This document shows positions 16,218 to 18,354 of a DNA stretch of 18,354 bases, piece after piece. Origin of the DNA: Deferribacteraceae bacterium (GTDB lineage: Bacteria; Chrysiogenota; Deferribacteres; Deferribacterales; JAISNW01). The notes below the pieces were generated by a model. It searched no databases. It worked only from the letters and a program-made list of their open reading frames with translations, and was not told where the DNA came from. A program made the position numbers and the translations under genes. The stretch's first letter is position 1; every line of letters starts with the position of its first letter. Where the stretch lies: contig JAITJJ010000017.1 of the NCBI GenBank assembly GCA_031278965.1, positions 1 to 18,354 on the forward strand, in the 5' to 3' direction.

Positions 16218-17672
16218 ATGCCGGGTTACGCAATATTGCCTGTTATCCTTGTAGTTGTTGTTTTTATAACATTTTTAATGCTTTTAAGCAGATATAAGGT
16301 AATCCCCTCCGACAAGATCATCGTTGTATTCGGGCTTGTGGGACGGGGGAGATCATCTGTTTGTCAGCATGGTGGGGCTCGTTTCATCCTCCCCCTTGTT
16401 CAGAGCCATCAATTCCTTGACCTCACCCCCATGACTATAGAGATAAACCTTGAAAACGCCCTTTCAAAGCAGAATATCAGAGTAAGCGTTCCTTCACGGT
16501 TTACAATCGGTATCTCCACCGATCCCCACATCATGCAAGCCGCCGCCGAGCGCCTTTTAAGCATGGGACAGATGGACAGGGAAGAAAACGCCCGCGACAT
16601 CATATTCGGGCAGTTGCGTGCAACTATCGCCACTATGAATATTGAGGAGATCAACTCCGACCGCGAGGCATTTGAAGAAAAGATACAGGAAAATGTTGAA
16701 GTTGAGCTCAGAAAGATCGGGTTGCGCCTTATAAATGTAAATATAACCGACATATCAGACGAGAGCGGTTATATAGATGCATTGGGGCAAAAGGCAGCCA
16801 GCGAAGCTATTAACCGCGCAAAAGTTGAGGTGGCGGAGCAGAATCGGGAAGGGGCAATTGGAGAGGCCGAAGCAAAACGCGAGGAGCGTATCCGGGTTGC
16901 CAAAGCCAACGCCAACGCCATTGAAGGCGAAAACCTTGCGAAAGTCAGCATTGCCCAATCTGATGCGGCACGGGAAGAAGCCGTGGCTGAATCCGCCAGG
17001 AAGATAAAAGCCGCCCAACTTGTTCAAGATGCAAAGGCGCTTGAAGAGGGATATGAGAGTGAGAGGAAAGCGGAATTAACCCGGAAGGCAAAGGAAGAGG
17101 CCTCCATGCAGGCAAATGTTATAGTGCCCGCGGAGATAGCGAAACAACAGGCTCTTATTAATGCGGACGCTGAAGCCGCACGGGTAAAAATCCTTGCACA
17201 GGGCGAGGCGACACGCATAAAGATTATGGCAGAGGGAGAAGCCGAAAAGATTAAAACCCTTGCCGATGCGGAATCGATACGTCTTGCAAAACAGGGCGAA
17301 GGGCACGGGAAAGAGATTGAGCTTGAAATGGTGGGGAGAGCCGAAGGAAATAAGATGCTCCTTTTAAAGCAAGCCGAAGGGTTAAAGAGCGTTATCGCAA
17401 GCACAGGCGGAGATCCTAACAGTGCCGCGATGCTTATGATAGTGGATAAACTCCCGACTCTGGTTGCCACTCAGGTGGAAGCTGTAAAAAACCTAAAGAT
17501 TGATAAGATCACCGTTTGGGACAGCGGGCGGGATGCTAGCGGACGTTCCTCCACCTCAAATTTTCTTTCAAGTTTGGTAACAAGCCTTCCTCCCCTGCAA
17601 GACCTGTTAAAAACCGCGGGGATAAATCTCCCTGATGTTCTTGAAGAGGGAAAGAGAGCCCCTAAAAAGTAA
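16218..17672 (+). CDS. Flotillin-like SPFH/band-7 membrane protein (FloT/YuaG type).
   Basis: N-terminal TM helix, the SPFH domain, then a long Ala/Glu-rich coiled-coil with EA repeats, ~484 aa. I prefer the ATG at 16218, which sits 5 nt after the AAGGTGG RBS. The ORF track started at a GTG at 16209. Confidence 0.85.
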   Translation: MPGYAILPVILVVVVFITFLMLLSRYKVIPSDKIIVVFGLVGRGRSSVCQHGGARFILPLVQSHQFLDLTPMTIEINLENALSKQNIRVSVPSRFTIGISTDPHIMQAAAERLLSMGQMDREENARDIIFGQLRATIATMNIEEINSDREAFEEKIQENVEVELRKIGLRLINVNITDISDESGYIDALGQKAASEAINRAKVEVAEQNREGAIGEAEAKREERIRVAKANANAIEGENLAKVSIAQSDAAREEAVAESARKIKAAQLVQDAKALEEGYESERKAELTRKAKEEASMQANVIVPAEIAKQQALINADAEAARVKILAQGEATRIKIMAEGEAEKIKTLADAESIRLAKQGEGHGKEIELEMVGRAEGNKMLLLKQAEGLKSVIASTGGDPNSAAMLMIVDKLPTLVATQVEAVKNLKIDKITVWDSGRDASGRSSTSNFLSSLVTSLPPLQDLLKTAGINLPDVLEEGKRAPKK

Positions 17673-17798
17673 GATTAACTGTAAAAGGTGACAATCTTGG
17701 CAAAGGCTTGGGGATATGGCAAACTCAAGCCTTGCAGATGTTGCTTCGCTCAAAAATTCCCCGTGTCCGCCGTGTCGGAAAGATAAATTGAGTTGTTT

Positions 17799-18228
17799 AT
17801 GGAACATGTTTTCTCTAAGGAATTTGAACTGCGTTACTTTGAAATGAACAAATATGGGATGGCTTCGCCGACAACCATTTTGACATTATTGAGAAGAGAC
17901 CGCGGCGGAGCATTGCCTCGCTATCGGGCACAGCCTCTACTCCCTTGAAAAACAGAATATCGGCTGGGTTTTAATTTCGGGCACAATAAATATGAATAGG
18001 CATCCGGGATATAAAGAGAGAGTAAAAATACAGACATGGCTTTCAAAATACACTTTGCTAAAGGGCTATAGGGAAAATATAATTCTTGATGAAGCCGGAA
18101 GTGTCATAGGTAAAGCAAAGGGGATATGGGCGTTTTATGATATTCAAAACAGAAAGCCCGCGCCTATATTTGAGGATATAAAAGCAAAATGGGGAATTAA
18201 TTCCATTTTTAAGTCATTATGCATATAA
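17799..18228 (+). pseudogene. Acyl-ACP thioesterase (FatA/B-type hotdog) remnant. It has a +1 frameshift near 17891-17895 and is truncated after about half the usual length, where the terminal repeat begins (~18196).
   Basis: Frame 1 reads MEHVFSKEFELRYFEMNKYGMASPTTILTLL. After one extra base in 'ttgAgaagag', frame 2 continues EETAAEHCLAIGHSLYSLEKQNIGWVLISGTINMNRHPGYKERVKIQTWLS...GIWAFYDIQNRKPAPIFEDI. This matches the first hotdog domain of acyl-ACP thioesterases; the second domain is absent. Confidence 0.65.
18196..18227. repeat. Terminal repeat copy B, inverted relative to 1-30. The element continues to the right, off the window.
   Basis: See copy A. Just downstream is a strong RBS (ACAGGAGGGG) and an ATG at 18260 that opens only a 19-codon ORF before a stop. 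Confidence 0.8.
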
Positions 18229-18354
18229 TATTTCCAAAGAACGACAGGAGGGGATATTATGGCTCGAAAAGCGAGCGGGCTGCCTGTATTGGGAATAGCT
18301 TTATGGCAAAAGCGATAACCGCAAATGAATTGAGGATTTGCCAAGCGGTGGTTT

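Noticed and set aside
16409-17470. Minus-strand ORFs 16409..16753, 16755..17027 and 17024..17470 inside the flotillin gene.
   Set aside because: They are the mirror image of the Ala/Glu-rich coiled-coil (giving S/A/F-rich strings). The flotillin frame carries the conserved SPFH domain.
17673-17798. 43-codon plus-strand ORF (MANSSLADVASLKNSPCPPCRKDK...) between the flotillin and thioesterase genes.
   Set aside because: It is short, overlaps the thioesterase start in another frame, and has no RBS. It was considered as an NfeD-like flotillin partner but is far too small and lacks a membrane segment.

Overview
This 18.35-kb window looks bacterial. Most of it is a long, tightly packed minus-strand array of core genes, read right to left: ricT/PSP1-domain protein, metG, a 556-aa extremely acidic TPR-like protein, an M24 Xaa-Pro aminopeptidase, efp, accB, accC, a secreted TPR protein, a lipoprotein, and a SAM methyltransferase broken by a frameshift in a homopolymer run. 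These are followed on the same strand by a three-gene sulfur module (a Cys/Met-family PLP enzyme, a ThiS-like carrier, and a LarE-family PP-loop ATPase with CxxC plus a third Cys) and a branched-chain aminotransferase. A flotillin gene diverges on the plus strand from a promoter-rich intergenic region. Both window ends are lower-GC, degraded mobile DNA. The left end carries an Rpn/PD-(D/E)XK 'transposase'-family pseudogene, an AT-rich spacer with a perfect 20-bp palindrome, and a tyrosine-integrase N-terminal fragment. The right end carries an acyl-ACP thioesterase with a +1 frameshift that is truncated at a repeat boundary. The first 30 nt of the window are the reverse complement of 18196..18227, so the whole segment is bracketed by inward-facing inverted copies of a repeat that continues off both ends. 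A ~180-bp insertion flanked by ~60-bp direct repeats (a duplicated accC 3' end) separates accC from the TPR gene and breaks what was evidently an ATGA stop/start overlap. I saw no rRNA, tRNA or CRISPR. The best candidate for an undescribed system is the translationally coupled PLP enzyme / ThiS / Fe-S-type LarE-like operon, which has no E1 (ThiF/MoeB) or larABC partners in view. Gene content and style (TPR-rich, Rpn-like multicopy family) are compatible with a spirochaete-like genome, but that is a weak guess.
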